This document shows positions 41,400 through 55,540 of a DNA stretch of 64,000 nt, one piece after another. The DNA is from Eledone cirrhosa (Eukaryota): contig OZ024740.1 in assembly GCA_964016885.1 (NCBI GenBank), positions 194,618,001-194,682,000 on the forward strand, read 5' to 3'. How positions within the stretch are numbered: the stretch's first letter is position 1; each line of letters begins with the position of its first letter. The position numbers were made by a program, and so were the translations under genes. A model generated the notes under the pieces. The model ran no database searches, was not told the origin of the DNA, and saw nothing but the letters and a program-made list of their open reading frames with translations.

Positions 41400-41784
41400 C
41401 TAGCAGATTTACCCGGCGTTGCCCGGGGTTTGAAATGCAACAAAGAATAAACAAGAAACAAACGATAATATTAGTGATTTATCTTCAAATGAATCTGATG
41501 TTTATATTTCTGTCAATAAGGTTGGTTATCTCCCTTTTTTATAAGGATTGTCAATAAAGCTGGTTATCTCCCTTACATCCATTTTGCTACCGATAATTTT
41601 GATATCGATTTTTTTATTTCTCAACGTGGGTCGATTTGAAAAATGTTTGTGATGTGATCATCTTAGCGACCTGTGCAAGGTGCACAGAAAATTTGGTCAA
41701 ATTCGGTTGGTAATTGTAAAAGTCTTAGGTATTCAAAGTTGTACACAGACTCACACACATCCTCGCTTTTATATGTATAGAAGA
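41400..41784 (-). mobile_element. Short non-autonomous Helitron
   Basis: Minus strand A|TCTTCTATACATATAAAAG ... CCCGGGCAACGCCGGG hairpin-TAAATCTGCTAG|T. Same 3' hairpin as 3839-6103. Confidence 0.8.
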
Positions 41785-42275
41785 TAATGTTGAAAAAAGA
41801 AATTGTATGATAATAGAGTTAGTGTACATACAGAATCAAGGACTAAGGATTGAAATATATACACATACAAGTATGAAAGCACGCGTATAAACACACACAC
41901 ACGCGCAACCACATACATGCAAGTGATATATACAGGGAAGGGAGTGTATCAGTCAAAGCAGTGTCAGACTGAAGGTCGATGCAGATATAAAAATATAAAA
42001 TATGAAAATGAAAAGATATATGAGAATAAAAAAATTAAATCAAAGAGAAAGTAGGAGGGAGGGGTTATCAATTATAAAGTAACACTAGAAAAAATAAATA
42101 AAAAGTAGAAAACATACAGAGGTTCGTACGCACATATATATATATATATATAAATATATATAAATATACGTACAGACAAAAGCACATACATGCGTACATA
42201 CATACAAAGGCGCGCATACATACACACGAAGCACATATATATACATACATGTACATCTAATCTCACGCACGCGAC

Positions 42276-42371
<96 letters not shown>

Positions 42372-42829
42372 TATATATATATAAGTATGTAAAAAATATA
42401 GATATAAAAACACACATACACTCACACACATATACACATACACGCGCACATACGAATGCATTCGTATCCATATACAAACACGTATACACACATATGCACA
42501 CTTACATGCATACATACAATATAAAAACCAGCCGTCTGAATAAATGAGTACAAATTATACGCAAGTAAACATACATAAAAGCGGTTGAGGGACAACAGAA
42601 TATAGCTGGAGTTGAAAACACAATTGAGATGTGATATTAGGTAGTGAAAGAAAAGGGGGAAGTATATATAAAAATTGTGAAGATATAAAGTAAGTGAATC
42701 AAAAAGCAGGGGGGTGGCGGGGTTCACTGGTGGATGTGAAGTAAAAGTAAAGTTAAAAATAAAAATAAAAGTAAATCAGGAAGAGAAGTCTGTAAAGAAG
42801 GTAAGTTAAGGAAAGTGAAGAACAAGAGT

Positions 42830-43250
42830 TTATGGAAAATAAGTATCTGAAAGTGAGTTAAGTTTATATGAGCTAGAAAGCAAGTGTGATTTCATGTGTG
42901 GGCAACTGGTGAAAATTTTTGTTTTTGCATTTAGGCAGGTTTTTGGTGATTTAAGGTTCTGTAAAATCCAATATTTTTCACTTATGCAGAGTGCGCATCT
43001 TCTTGTTCCTCTTGCATATTCTTTAGATTGGTTCAAAATTGACCAATCTAATTTATATTGGATACCTTGGTCTTTCAAATCCCATATTCTGCTAGTCAGA
43101 GCTGTCGTAAATCTTTTTTCAGGATGTCGGAAAGATGTGACATGTGAGTAATAACGCGTTTTGAATTTGTCTCGTGTCATACCCACATATCTTTCGCTGG
43201 TGGCTGGTAGGTTGTTGCTGGTGGTTATCACTTTAGCCGCATATACAATG
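42830..43250 (-). pseudogene. Penelope-like GIY-YIG endonuclease fragment
   Basis: IVYAAKV...YVGMTRDKFKTRYYSH...T.LT..IWDLK...WSIL...Y...RCALCISEK..I...LN. Confidence 0.85.
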
Positions 43251-43721
43251 GCTTTCTCACCTTTCTCTCACCTTCTTTCGCCCCCTCTGTCAGTTACACT
43301 TTCTCTCGACTGACCTCTTCCTCACACTTCCACTCACTCACTCTCTGTTTCTCCCCTTCTCCCTTCCTCCCGTTTGGCTTGTGTGGGTCTCTTCTTGCTC
43401 ACATCTCACACACATCAACACGGTCTGTACTTCTCTCGCTCATGAAATCCACCCAGCTTATGCTGACCGGACAACCATGTTGCTTGTTTATTTTCCTATC
43501 TTCGGTTTGCTTTTATCCTTCTATGTTGTTTACTTGTCCCCCTCGCCTTACGCGAATTCTGGTCCCAATAACTTTTTTTAGTTATTGCTCGCACCAACCT
43601 GAGATATCTGATTTTTAATGCGATGAAATACCAATGATGGTTCGCAAATCACTGACGAAGGACTATTTTTAACATATGTAACCCATGTGCAAACCACGCA
43701 GTATTCTTCTTTCTTCTCATG

Positions 43722-43787
<66 letters not shown>

Positions 43788-43905
43788 TGAAAAAGAACAA
43801 AGGAACTATTATGACATTATAACAAGTTTATTGCCGACAGCCGTCACATATTTGGTAGGTCAGACGTGATCATCGCGATTCACATACGACCTACCATACA
43901 TCTTA

Positions 43906-43956
<51 letters not shown>

Positions 43957-43973
43957 GTTATGGGTTAGTGAGA

Positions 43974-44059
43974 TTCTTGTTATTCTGTAGTTTCACCTGT
44001 GTACTCTTCAAAATAATCGATTTTGTGAGAGCACATGTGAAGCTCCAGAATAACAAGAC
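43974..44059. repeat. Decayed ~40-bp-arm inverted repeat in a (TA)n-bounded unit
   Basis: TCTTGTTATTCTGTAGTTTCAC...CTCTTCAAAA versus TTTTGTGAGAG...GTGAAGCTCCAGAATAACAAGA. Confidence 0.6.
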
Positions 44060-44248
44060 TTAGCCATAATAGCGTATATCTCTACTTCGATATAGTGTAA
44101 TCATTATCACGTCCATTAACATCAGACTGATATATATATATATATTTATATATATACCTATGTAGTTGACGGATATATATATATACATATGTGTGTGTGT
44201 GTGTATGAGCGAGAGTGAGAGAGAGAGAGAGAGAGAGACACACGGAGA

Positions 44249-44320
<72 letters not shown>

Positions 44321-45329
44321 GAGAGAGTGCGTGTGCGTGTGTGTACAGAGAGATAGAGAGAAATACGAGAGTGTATATAATTAGGTCTGCACACTTACAC
44401 ACGCTCTCGCTCTGTCTCTCTCTCTCTCTGTCTTCCTCTCTCACTAACACACACTACACACAATGGGAGTAAGAGTTCATATATTTTTGAAGATTATTAT
44501 CCATATAAATGAAAGCAATTAATTTCTGTCAGTCGTTAAAACTACATTATGTGTTCAGTTTATCGAGAGCTAATACTTTAGTTTACAGAACTAAACCAAA
44601 ATTTAAACTTTCTGATTTAACACTACGACAGCTTTTATAAAAGAAATGTTTCAGTCAGTTGAATTATTTCCGATATATTTCAGATTCTATTGTATTGGAT
44701 TTGTATAGTCGGTAGAGAAATGAAACAAAAACTCACTGTATTTTCCTGTGAACTTTTCCCCTCACAGTTCAAATCTCACCGAGGCTGACTTCGCCTTTTT
44801 TCTCCTGGAGTCGATGAAACAATACCAGTTGAGTTTTAAGGATCGATCTAATTGACTATGACAACTTTTATTCCGCATGTTTATGTAGGAAATCCATATA
44901 TTACAGTTTGCTTATGTTAATCACATGTTCTCGTTAGTTCTGCTACTTTTTTCAGTTGCACATCGAACTGAGGGTGTGCTAGCGCTGTCAAGAAGTTGTG
45001 GATATTTTCTTTATTCATCCAGTCCTGTTTGATTTCATTTTCGCTCCTGTAAGGTTTCTTTTCGTATTTGAAAACCATGTCACAGAGCTTCAATGAAACT
45101 ATAATAGCATGAACCTGACGTTCTCATGATTTGTTTATAAGGTTGGTGTCTTGCAGCTGGTTGGGGTGCGGCTAAAGAAGGAAAAAGGGGTGCAGTGGGA
45201 GGGGAGATGTGATTGACATTGGTGAATTCAGAACTAAGAAATAAAATGTAAACCCATAGATTGAAATAAAATATAAACCTTTAGTTTGAATCTCTTCTCT
45301 TGTCTCAACTCCTTGTTCCATGGCTACAA

Positions 45330-45670
45330 AATGATGACTGACTGACTGTCACTCCGTCAGTTACGACAACGAGTGTTCCAGTTGATCCGATCAACGGAAC
45401 AGGCTGCTCGAGTAATTAACGTTCAAGTGGCTGAATATTTCGCAGGCATGCGTATCCTTAACTTAGTTCTCAGGAAGATTCAGCGTGACACAGAATATGA
45501 CAAGGCTGATCCTTCGAATTACAGTAACAAGTCATTTTTGCCAGCTGAGTGGACTGGAGCGACGTGAAATAAAGTGTTTTATTCAAGGACAAAACACGCT
45601 TCTGGGAAACAAACCAACAGCCTTACGATTATGAGCCAAATACCCTAACCACAAAGCCACACGCCTTCGC
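45330..45670 (-). mobile_element. tRNA-derived SINE (CORE-like family) with (AGTC)n tail
   Basis: Reverse complement starts GAAGGCGTGTGGCTTTGTGGTTAGGG, includes CCTTGAATAAAAACACTTTATTTCACGTCGCTCCAGTCCACTCAGCTGG, and ends in CAGTCAGTCAGTC. Confidence 0.7.
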
Positions 45671-46544
45671 AAAATAATTGTAGTTCAGTAAAATTCATTA
45701 AATTTTCTCGTTGTTTATTTATAGTTGTTTTAAGAGATACCAGAAAAAAATGTAAGCTATAGTCCACTCTTCGGAATTTGAACCCTTAACAAACGGATGA
45801 AACTAAATGCTACTGTACATTTGGTCTCTTCTGTACTAAACTCGATTTTATATTAACTGCAGCAAACCACACCTTTAATTTTCTGCTGCTTTGAATCTAA
45901 ATTTCCTTTGACAAATAGCTGAACATGGAGGAAACAGACATTGACAATTTAGGATTTGTTGATTCATAAATCATTCAATACGAGTGATGTTTTTATGCCT
46001 GCGTTTGTTTCTCAGATTCGAGTGACTGCTGGCAACAGTGATAGAAACTTTCAGTAATTTCTACTCAATGCCTGAACATATAAAAGGAAAATAGAAACAG
46101 AATTATTTTCAAGTAAAAGTGTGATGCAGCAATATTTTTGGGTTTAGAATTACGTTTCGCAAAGCCATAAGTCGTCTTTGTTGTGATTCGTAATATTTGC
46201 ATTCATGCTTAGTTCTAAAAGACTTTAATTTAAAATATCGCTCTTCACATATGACTTTTTCCTCAATAAACAGCTGTCTCTTAAGAAGCTCTTATATATG
46301 ACGTTCAATCTGTATAGTCTTTTGTAAAACTCTTTTTGACTGATATCTATTCTTTTATGAAACTGCTGAGTCTCAGTGGTAAATGTTCTGGCCTATTGAC
46401 TCATACACATTTAATAGAGGAATAGTATATTATTACATAATTTGATAGACAAGTGAGTTATTTATTTGTTTAATCAATGTGTCCACGGTAGTAATATCAT
46501 GGCCTATTCAATATTAGATATTCGCTTATACATTGTGAAAATGA

Positions 46545-47230
46545 TTCTTCTTCTTCTTCTTCTTCTTCTTCTTCTTCTTCTTCTTCTTCTTCTTCTTCTT
46601 CTTCTTCTTCTTCTTCTCCTCCTCCTTGGAAGGGTTGTGGGGCCGAGTCCTCAGGCATGCCTTCAAACGAGTTCTGTCAGAAGCAACCGTCTCCAATTTA
46701 TCCAGCTAGATCAGTAAGTCATCACTCCATCGAAGGTATAGTATTTGCTTTTTTTCGTGGCTAGCATCTTTGCCTGCTTATTCATGGGAATGTAGTAGGG
46801 GCAAAGTCTTCAAACACGCATTCCAGACGGTACAAGATGAACTTCGCCTACTTCAGTGGAACTCCACTTACATGTAGATTGCACTGCGCAGGCTTCCTTG
46901 AGAGGCCGAGTGTCTCAGTCTTTGTAGCACTGATTTTCATTCCTGCCGTTCAGCACTCGGCAGCAAAACTATCAAGTGCATGTCGGAAATCACTTTCCGG
47001 CGAGTTGAGTAGTACTATGTCGTCTGCAAATTCCAAACGATTGATCCTTCACTCGCCAGTCTCTATACCACGTCCAACCCTACTGTTCATATCAATCTTG
47101 TTCGTGAAGATTATGAACAGAAGTGACAGTATGCACCCATGGCGGATTCCAACATCTGCATTGAGGGGTTTCGATTTAACACCATTTATCTGAACACAAG
47201 TGCTAGAGCATCGAATAGAGACTCCTTGAC
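46545..47230 (-). mobile_element. RTE-clade LINE remnant (RT core joined to 3' end) with (GAA)n tail
   Basis: Minus strand reads VGIRHGCILSLLFIIF and EFADDIVLL...SFAAEC*TAGMKISATKTETL. The 3' end runs into (GAA)n. Confidence 0.75.
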
Positions 47231-49699
47231 AGGCACTTAGAATCGACTTTAGTGGCGCCGATTAACAAAGAGATCCATCAATAATTAAAGCAATCTCTCT
47301 TTCTCCTTTTTAAAATAATCGGGATTATCCCGCCTACGCTGTGGCAACCTAACCCTAACACTTGCTTATGTGTGTTTGCAGAGATCCAGGCCATCCAGTA
47401 CACACAAGTCTCCCAGAGGATGTGAAATAAACGACTTTGGCTCAAGAGTTCATATTTGCTATAAAGTGTTTGATGTACTTTTGAAAAGTTCATTTAGCTG
47501 TGAGAAGTAGAGAGTTAAAAGATGTCTTTGGAAAGGTCATGGATGCGTAACTTGGTCCGGGTGGTCAACTAGTAATCTTGGTAATCCCCAATAGGTTTCA
47601 TGCCCTGCTGTGTTCCATAATGCAATTAAAAGTAAATATATAATTAGCAGTCCATGAAGCTTTCCTCGTGAATTTTGTGGATCAGGTTCTGTGGCTCAGT
47701 AATTCTTTCATATCCTAAGAGCAGTACTACATCAAATCAATAAACAAAGTGTTTAACTTCCAAGGTCCAAGTTCACCTAATTTTCAATACTTACTACAGA
47801 GAGTATAGCACAATCTGAAAACAATGGAAGCACTATAAAATTGATTTGTATCTAATTTATCTAATTAGCTTTCAGTGATACGTTGAACGCCTCCCATGGG
47901 TGAATGCTTGGAATAGATTGGCATCCTTTCAAGGGTAGGATTTATTATTGAAACATGTCATTCTCTAGAAATTGGAGTTGCGGAAAATGGATTCTGTAGA
48001 TAAGTGTGAGGTGGAAACAACTTTTCATTTAGATTGTAACTAGTAGACAGTGGATTTGCAGAACCACTAGAACATCGAATAGAATGCCTTGCGATATTAA
48101 TTGCAGCTCTCCCTACACTGGGTTTAAATCCCGCCTATAAATCGGATCCCTAAACAAAGTACTAATCCAGTTGACAGAATTTGTTAGAGCGTTGGATGAG
48201 ATTCTTTGCAATATCTTCTTCCAGCGTTTTGCATTCTGGGTTCAAATTCTGCCTAGTTGTTATTGGCCAGAGCTAATCACCTCCTCACGGAAGTAACATT
48301 TCAACCTGAAACTGGCCGGTCTGAACAGGTAGGTCTACAACCATCATAGATATGGCAACTCTGCCATCACGAGGCTCTCTCATACAAAATTGAAGTGACA
48401 ATGGCGTATTAAGATTGAAAAATATAATTACTGGATCAAATTTTGAGCAGATATTCCTGAGATTACTTACAGAATGAATTGAGGGTTTTGCTGAGGAAAG
48501 CATATTCGATATATTGTTTGTAGAGATTGGCGGATAGGGAGAAGAAATCTGGAAGTGATTTGAAGCAGTAGAGATATAACAGATGGCACATCTATATTCA
48601 TTATGTCAACCTAACAAATCTAAAATATCTAACTTCAATATTTAATTTTAGTAATATTTTCATTACAGCATCGATTCAAATATTCTAAGACTATTTTTAT
48701 TTTGATACATTATCATATTCACATCTAAACAGATACTAAAATTAATTTATATTTTTTTCTACATAGCGTTTTTATTTTTTTAGATTTTATTAATTACAGA
48801 GAAATAAAAACAGATATTTGGATTTGGAGAAGAGTGTGTTAAATTTAATAATATTATCGATGGGTAAAAGATGTTGGTGGTGTTTATTTTCAACCCGAGT
48901 CAACGCTGATTAAGCAGACTTATGGTCAAAGGAATTTCACTCATCTTTTGGTGGGTATTGAGGATATTAAGATGCAGTTTGAAGGAGTCGTGGCTGCTAT
49001 TACTAATGGGTCAAGTGACTGCGCAGATGTTCCCATGCTAGCTCCGAGGACGGGGAGAAATGTAGTTGGTTGTGGTGTTAAAATGTTGGCTTACAAAAAT
49101 AAATATTTTTCACTGGTGTTGTAGTTGCTGGAAGTATTTTATTCCAAATGGTCCAGTTCATTCAAGTATATATACCATTCAAAGGTGATGCTCATTTATT
49201 TGTATATATTGAGAAATGTGTGGTTAATTTGAAGTACTGACAAGTATTTCATTATCCAGAAATGTTTATGAGTATCTTATTAACTTGAAGTGCTACAGAG
49301 TATTAAACCAATTTTCTGGCAAATATTTTATTACCTTGAAGTGCTGTTAGGTATGTTATTAAATTAAAGACTGACATGTAGTAGGCAATGGTCTGCTGAC
49401 TGATGTTCTTAACCAGGTAATGAGATTGCTCTCAAATATTTAACACTGTAAAAGAGAAGATAAGTGCAAACGCATCTCAACCCCACTACAAAATACATCA
49501 TAGATGATCATCAAAAACCCTGACTACGTAGGGAGGTTCTGATTATTAAATATACCATCATTGAATTAACTACGGCCTAAATAAATGTCATCGATTTATT
49601 TTTCCTGATACTAAAGACTGTCTTTGAATCCACTTGTATCATATTGGTAGTAATATTATCGATCAAACATGCACTTAATCCAAGAAAAGAAATTGTACG

Positions 49700-50090
49700 T
49701 TCAAAGTGAGCTATATCAATCTTGTCTCTGTCAACTACAATACTCATATCAAGAAAGCTTCATCGCATCTCATCCCCTACCTTAATCATGAATAGCACAC
49801 AACTAAAGCCTTTACGATTGCTCTAAATGCTAGGCCTTGCTATCACTGAGGATCTCTTATGGCAAATACACTTACCTCGCGTGACGGTAGCACCACATCT
49901 CAAAGAATGATCCTTCTCTTCGGGGAAAGAAATTACGTTAGTCCTTCACTTCAAATTACAAACTCTAAACGATTTGGAGTGGGTCCGTTGATGCACACAC
50001 AGACGTTATGTACTGAATCTAGAGAAAAACCACTCGACTGATTGGCACAAAGTCACTCACACATTCTAGCTTGTCCCACAGACGAATCTT
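49700..50090 (+). mobile_element. Degenerate CR1/L2-group RT C-terminal fragment
   Basis: Broken frames MLGLAITEDLLWQIH...SQRMILL...IWSG...TRLIG resemble the LG.....DL.W..H...W.G....RLI thumb region. Confidence 0.45.
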
Positions 50091-50304
50091 CTCTCTCTCT
50101 CTATATATATATATATATACATACATATATATATTTATATATATATTTATATATATATATACTGTATATTCTTTGCTTAAACTTTAATCTGTTATTTTAA
50201 TAAATATTTGCTCTACGGTTCTTATATATTTGATATATATTTATCCTTATCGAGCCCTCTTTGGATTTTAGTCTTCAATTTTATTATTATTACTATATAT
50301 ACTG

Positions 50305-50388
<84 letters not shown>

Positions 50389-50438
50389 CATATATACATA
50401 TAAATATATACATATATATACATACATATATACATATG

Positions 50439-50476
<38 letters not shown>

Positions 50477-50493
50477 CATATATATACATATAT

Positions 50494-50571
<78 letters not shown>

Positions 50572-50574
50572 GTA

Positions 50575-50684
<110 letters not shown>

Positions 50685-50747
50685 AATATACATATATATA
50701 TATATATACATCTTAACGGTCTGGTTATCTTTCTTCAATTTCTTCGA

Positions 50748-50808
<61 letters not shown>

Positions 50809-50940
50809 AAGCAAAGAAAATTTCAATGATACGAAAGATTTCCTGGTGGAAGTTCAAGTGTACTCAGGATTGGTATCCAGTTTTGGGGGTGAAAATCCAA
50901 TTAGAAAATCCAACGAATATTGAGAGGTCCACGTAAGGGT

Positions 50941-50985
<45 letters not shown>

Positions 50986-51095
50986 TAAACGGAATAGAAA
51001 ATGGTGACAAATTGTTCACAGTTGAAAAATGGTTTAATTAGGAATAAAAGATGTTTTCAACTTGTACAAAAATCCTTAGGGATCTAATTGACATT

Positions 51096-51127
<32 letters not shown>

Positions 51128-51160
51128 GTGTGTGTGTGTATATATATATACAATGTATAA

Positions 51161-51830
<670 letters not shown>

Positions 51831-52024
51831 AGGTTAGTGCATTCATTCATGCATGAAAACATACAAATGTAGACACAATCAAGCATTAGCCCCTAAAATA
51901 GTACAGTGGGCCCTGCAATGCTACTGTAGAACCCTACAATGCTACCGGGGGCCACTATGGCACACTTACCCTTGGGCAACCTGTCAACCTGGCCAGTCCG
52001 CCACTATATATATATATATATATA

Positions 52025-52330
52025 CAATATATTAATAAGTGGAAACTATATTTATAAAACCATAATTATTTTATTATATATATTTCAAGGGCAACCAAGG
52101 CAGTTTTGATGCGCTTTCATCAGATAAAATACAAAATTTGTTTCATGAAAGCGCACCAAAACTGCCTTGGTTGCCCTTGAAATATATATAATAAAATAAT
52201 GATGGTTTTATAAATATAGTTTCCATTTATTAATATATTGAATATTTACTCCAGTTACTGTTGAGTGCTTTATATCAGTTATAAAACTTTTAAGCTTGTT
52301 GAATCCCAACAAATTTAACATAACTTCTGC
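52025..52330. mobile_element. Family B hammerhead element, shorter palindrome; ribozyme on - strand at 52067-52131
   Basis: Reverse complement: TATTTTAT-CTGATGA-AAGCGCATCAAAACTGCCTTGGTTGCCCTT-GAAA-TATATA-TA-ATAAAATA. Same tail as 37505-37595. Confidence 0.8.
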
Positions 52331-52489
52331 ATATATATATATCTTATTTGTTTGTTAAAATAATCAAATTAAATTAATCGAACAGTTAATCACACATAGG
52401 AATAATGGGGTTGTTACCAAGGAGCCAGAAGTTTGACAAGTCGGCACTAAATATGACTAATAGCTCTAGGAAAGCCATCTTTTTAACTT

Positions 52490-53020
52490 TGATTTCGAAA
52501 GTAGGTTTATAATTATCAATTTTCATTATATTTCTGTAGCTGTCGTAGGGCGGTAGATTGGCAGTATCGGTAGAGGGTCGGACGCCATACTTTCCAGCAT
52601 AGTTACGTCCCTTTATGATCTGAGTTCAAATCCCGCCGAGGTTGACTTTGCCTTTCATCCTTACTGGGTCGATAAAATAAAGTACCAGTAATGCACTGGA
52701 TAATTGCTGGCCTTGTGCTTAAAGTAGAAACAATTATATTTCTGTAGCTCTCTCGGTGGCCTATTTGGAGGAATAATAGACGGTGGGGACAATGGTCTCG
52801 AGTTCGATCCTCGTCAGGAGTAGGATTCCCGGTAAACCTTCTCGTTTTTTTTTCTATTGGTTGTAAAATAAAAACTGAAAAAAAGGTTTCATTTACCTCT
52901 TGACCAGGATTAAACACAAGGCCAGGATCACCACCGCCTCTAGTACCTACCGACAGACAACAGAGTCAACTACGAAAATTTCATGAAAATTCATACTTAT
53001 AAACCTACTTTCAAAATTTT
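52490..53020. mobile_element. MITE-like element with ~55-bp TIRs, interrupted by a SINE
   Basis: Left GAAAGTAGGTTTATAATTATCAATTTTCAT...GTAG matches the reverse complement of right CTACGAAAATTTCATGAAAATTCATACTTATAAACCTACTTTC. Confidence 0.6.
52542..52732 (+). mobile_element. Meta/MESC-like SINE with 17-bp target-site duplication
   Basis: ATTATATTTCTGTAGCT at 52525-52541 and 52733-52749 brackets a copy highly similar to 17052-17270. Confidence 0.8.
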
Positions 53021-53287
53021 CAAAACAAAATGATGTGGTGCCTTTCATAATGTTATGGCTCCTATTTAAGGTCGACTTCTAAATCATTTGGGTGTTCCAT
53101 AAACTACATCCTCGTTTTGTTTCACATCTATTTAGACTATATTTTAACCTGTGATCCATGTTTCATTTATGCTGCACCTCATTTCTCCTCCCCCATCTCT
53201 CTCTCTCTTTCTCTCTGTGATATTTGGGGTTACTTTATTCAGATATGTATGTTTTTGCATGTCAGTTTCAAACTTACAATGATTGGC

Positions 53288-53326
<39 letters not shown>

Positions 53327-54389
53327 CGGACTAGGTCTAAAAATATTGGTTGCCAGATGATGGGGGCCCACCTACATATAGAATGCGATCATTTAATTTT
53401 TATAATGAACAAATAACATTTTCAAAAAATACATAAGTGGAAACAAAACAGTGCAATCAAATTTTTGCGGAAAAATATCTTACCCTATCCAATAAAAGTA
53501 TTATGTATTTTTGCGAAATCCAGAGACTTTCAATAGTGACCTTTGGTCTTTCATACTCTCTCTCTCTCTCTCTTTATATATATATATGTATATGTGTGTG
53601 TGTTTGTTTGCCTTTCTCTCTCTGCATGTATATTCAGCGAAATCATTCAATTACTGACGTTTTGTTTTATAATTGGGTCACGTGTGTTGTTTTGGCTAGT
53701 CAGAGACCAGTAATCTGTAAGCCATTTTGGATATTTCAACAGCAGTTAAACATTTTTTTGTTTTACAACACAAACGAACCAAACTCCCACTCCCACTGCC
53801 TCTGTCTCTCCCGCTCTCATCTCTCCAACAAGAAACGGGTTTGTGAATTTCTGAAATACACGAAGCCCAATCTCCCTAGGTTTTTTTTCTTTCTATCTCT
53901 TCCCGTCTACATACATCTCTGTGTATATGTGAATAGTTTGTACCAGTATTGTGTGAATAGTGACAGAATAAGAGGTTAGGTGTGTTTCTGAGAGAGAGAG
54001 AGAAAGAGAAAGAGAAAGAAACAGAGAGTGTGAAAGAAAAACGGTGACAGAGACACATGTTAATATATTTATATATTACCTTAAGACAAAGCTTCGTATG
54101 ACCATATAACAAACGAGGTCCTAAAACTGGTCCAGCTGAGTAATCTGGGGAGGAACATCACCGTACGGCGGTGGAAGGTGCTTCGGCATGTGTTACGCAT
54201 GTTCACGGAGAAATCAGACTGGGTTTTCGACGAATGTATGACTGAAGGGGGGCGTGGAAAACAACGCAAACACGCCAAAACCTGGTTGAGGTCTCTCGAG
54301 AAAGACCTGACAGGCATGGCCTGACTTGAGAGCAGGCTCGCGGTAAAGATTGTAACCATAAGAATAGAAATCTCTCTACGGCCAATGGC

Positions 54390-54720
54390 AAGACCCCCCT
54401 TCGATCACAAATAACCATGGGATTTGCACCTAACAAGTTCTCCTTAGAGGAGAGGTACAAGTCCGGGCAAGGGTATTTGCACCCAGAAAATTCTCCTCCG
54501 TGGTACAAGTCCAGGCAACTGCCTATACATACCAGTCTCACGTCTCCAAGGGAAAGACAATGGCCAGTACAGCTTGGCACCAGTGATGTTACAACTAGTT
54601 TCTACAGCTGAATATACTGGAGCAACGTGAAATAAAGTGTCATGCCCGGTCCGAGAATCGAACCCACAACCTCACAATTGTAAGCTCGACGCTCTAACCA
54701 CTAAGCCATGCGCCTTCACC
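54390..54720 (-). mobile_element. tRNA-derived SINE (CORE-like family)
   Basis: Reverse complement starts GTGAAGGCGCATGGCTTAGTGGTTAGAGCG...GGGTTCGATTCTC (A and B boxes), then GACACTTTATTTCACGTTGCTCCAG. Confidence 0.75.
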
Positions 54721-55061
54721 GTCGGCCAATAATCCATACAAAACAAAAGTAACTGAAGAATAAGAATAAGACTTAGTGTGGGTAGAGAAAAAGTTAATAG
54801 GGGTGTTACTTTCCTTTTTCTCAGTTTACAATTATAAATTTGATGACCTCCCATTGGGAAAGAAAAAAATATATATTAATTTATTCAATTATTTAAAAAA
54901 AGGATTTATCAAACTCTCTGCTTAGAATTCCTCTGATAGTCCGTCGTTTACTTTAAGATATGAATAAGCAAAAACTATCCATATAATATATATTGGCAAT
55001 ATATATATATATATATTTGTTTTGCTAGGTTTTTGATATGAAATCATATATATAGAGACCT

Positions 55062-55466
55062 GAAAATCCGCCTCTTCATTGCTGTAGTGGTGTCTGTGCT
55101 GCTGTATGGGTCTGAGACTTGGACACTGACCAAGAGACTCATTCAGATGGTGGATGGGTGCTACACGAGAATGCTGAGGATGGCTCTGAACATTAATCAG
55201 TATACACTGAGGATGAAAACTCAGAGCTGTATGGGAGCATCCCAAAAGTCAGCTCAAAAGTGACACAGAGAAGACTGAGGTTGGCTGGACATGCTCACCG
55301 ACATCCAGAGTTGACATTGCACTCAGTGCTCCTTTGGGAGCCCCTACATGGACACACTAGAAGAGGAAGACCAAGGTTAACATATGTTGATGCCCTAAGG
55401 ACAGACACTGGTCTGTTGGAGATGCAGGATATGGCAGCGATAATGAGGGACAGAGACCGCTGGAGA
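55062..55466 (+). mobile_element. RTE-clade LINE 3' fragment, cut off by the Penelope element
   Basis: VVSVLLYGSETWTLT...DGCYTRMLRMAL...RRLRLAGH...RRGRP. Similarity to 14450-14824 stops at ~55466. Confidence 0.85.
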
Positions 55467-55540
55467 CCTTAGACAGCCATGACCTTAGATGTTTCTGCCC
55501 TAGTAGACCTATAAGAGGTAGACCCCCCACCATAACCTCA

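Noticed and set aside
43651-43710. CTGACGA hammerhead candidate beside the GIY-YIG remnant
   Set aside because: No GAAA (GCAAA instead) and no clear stems.
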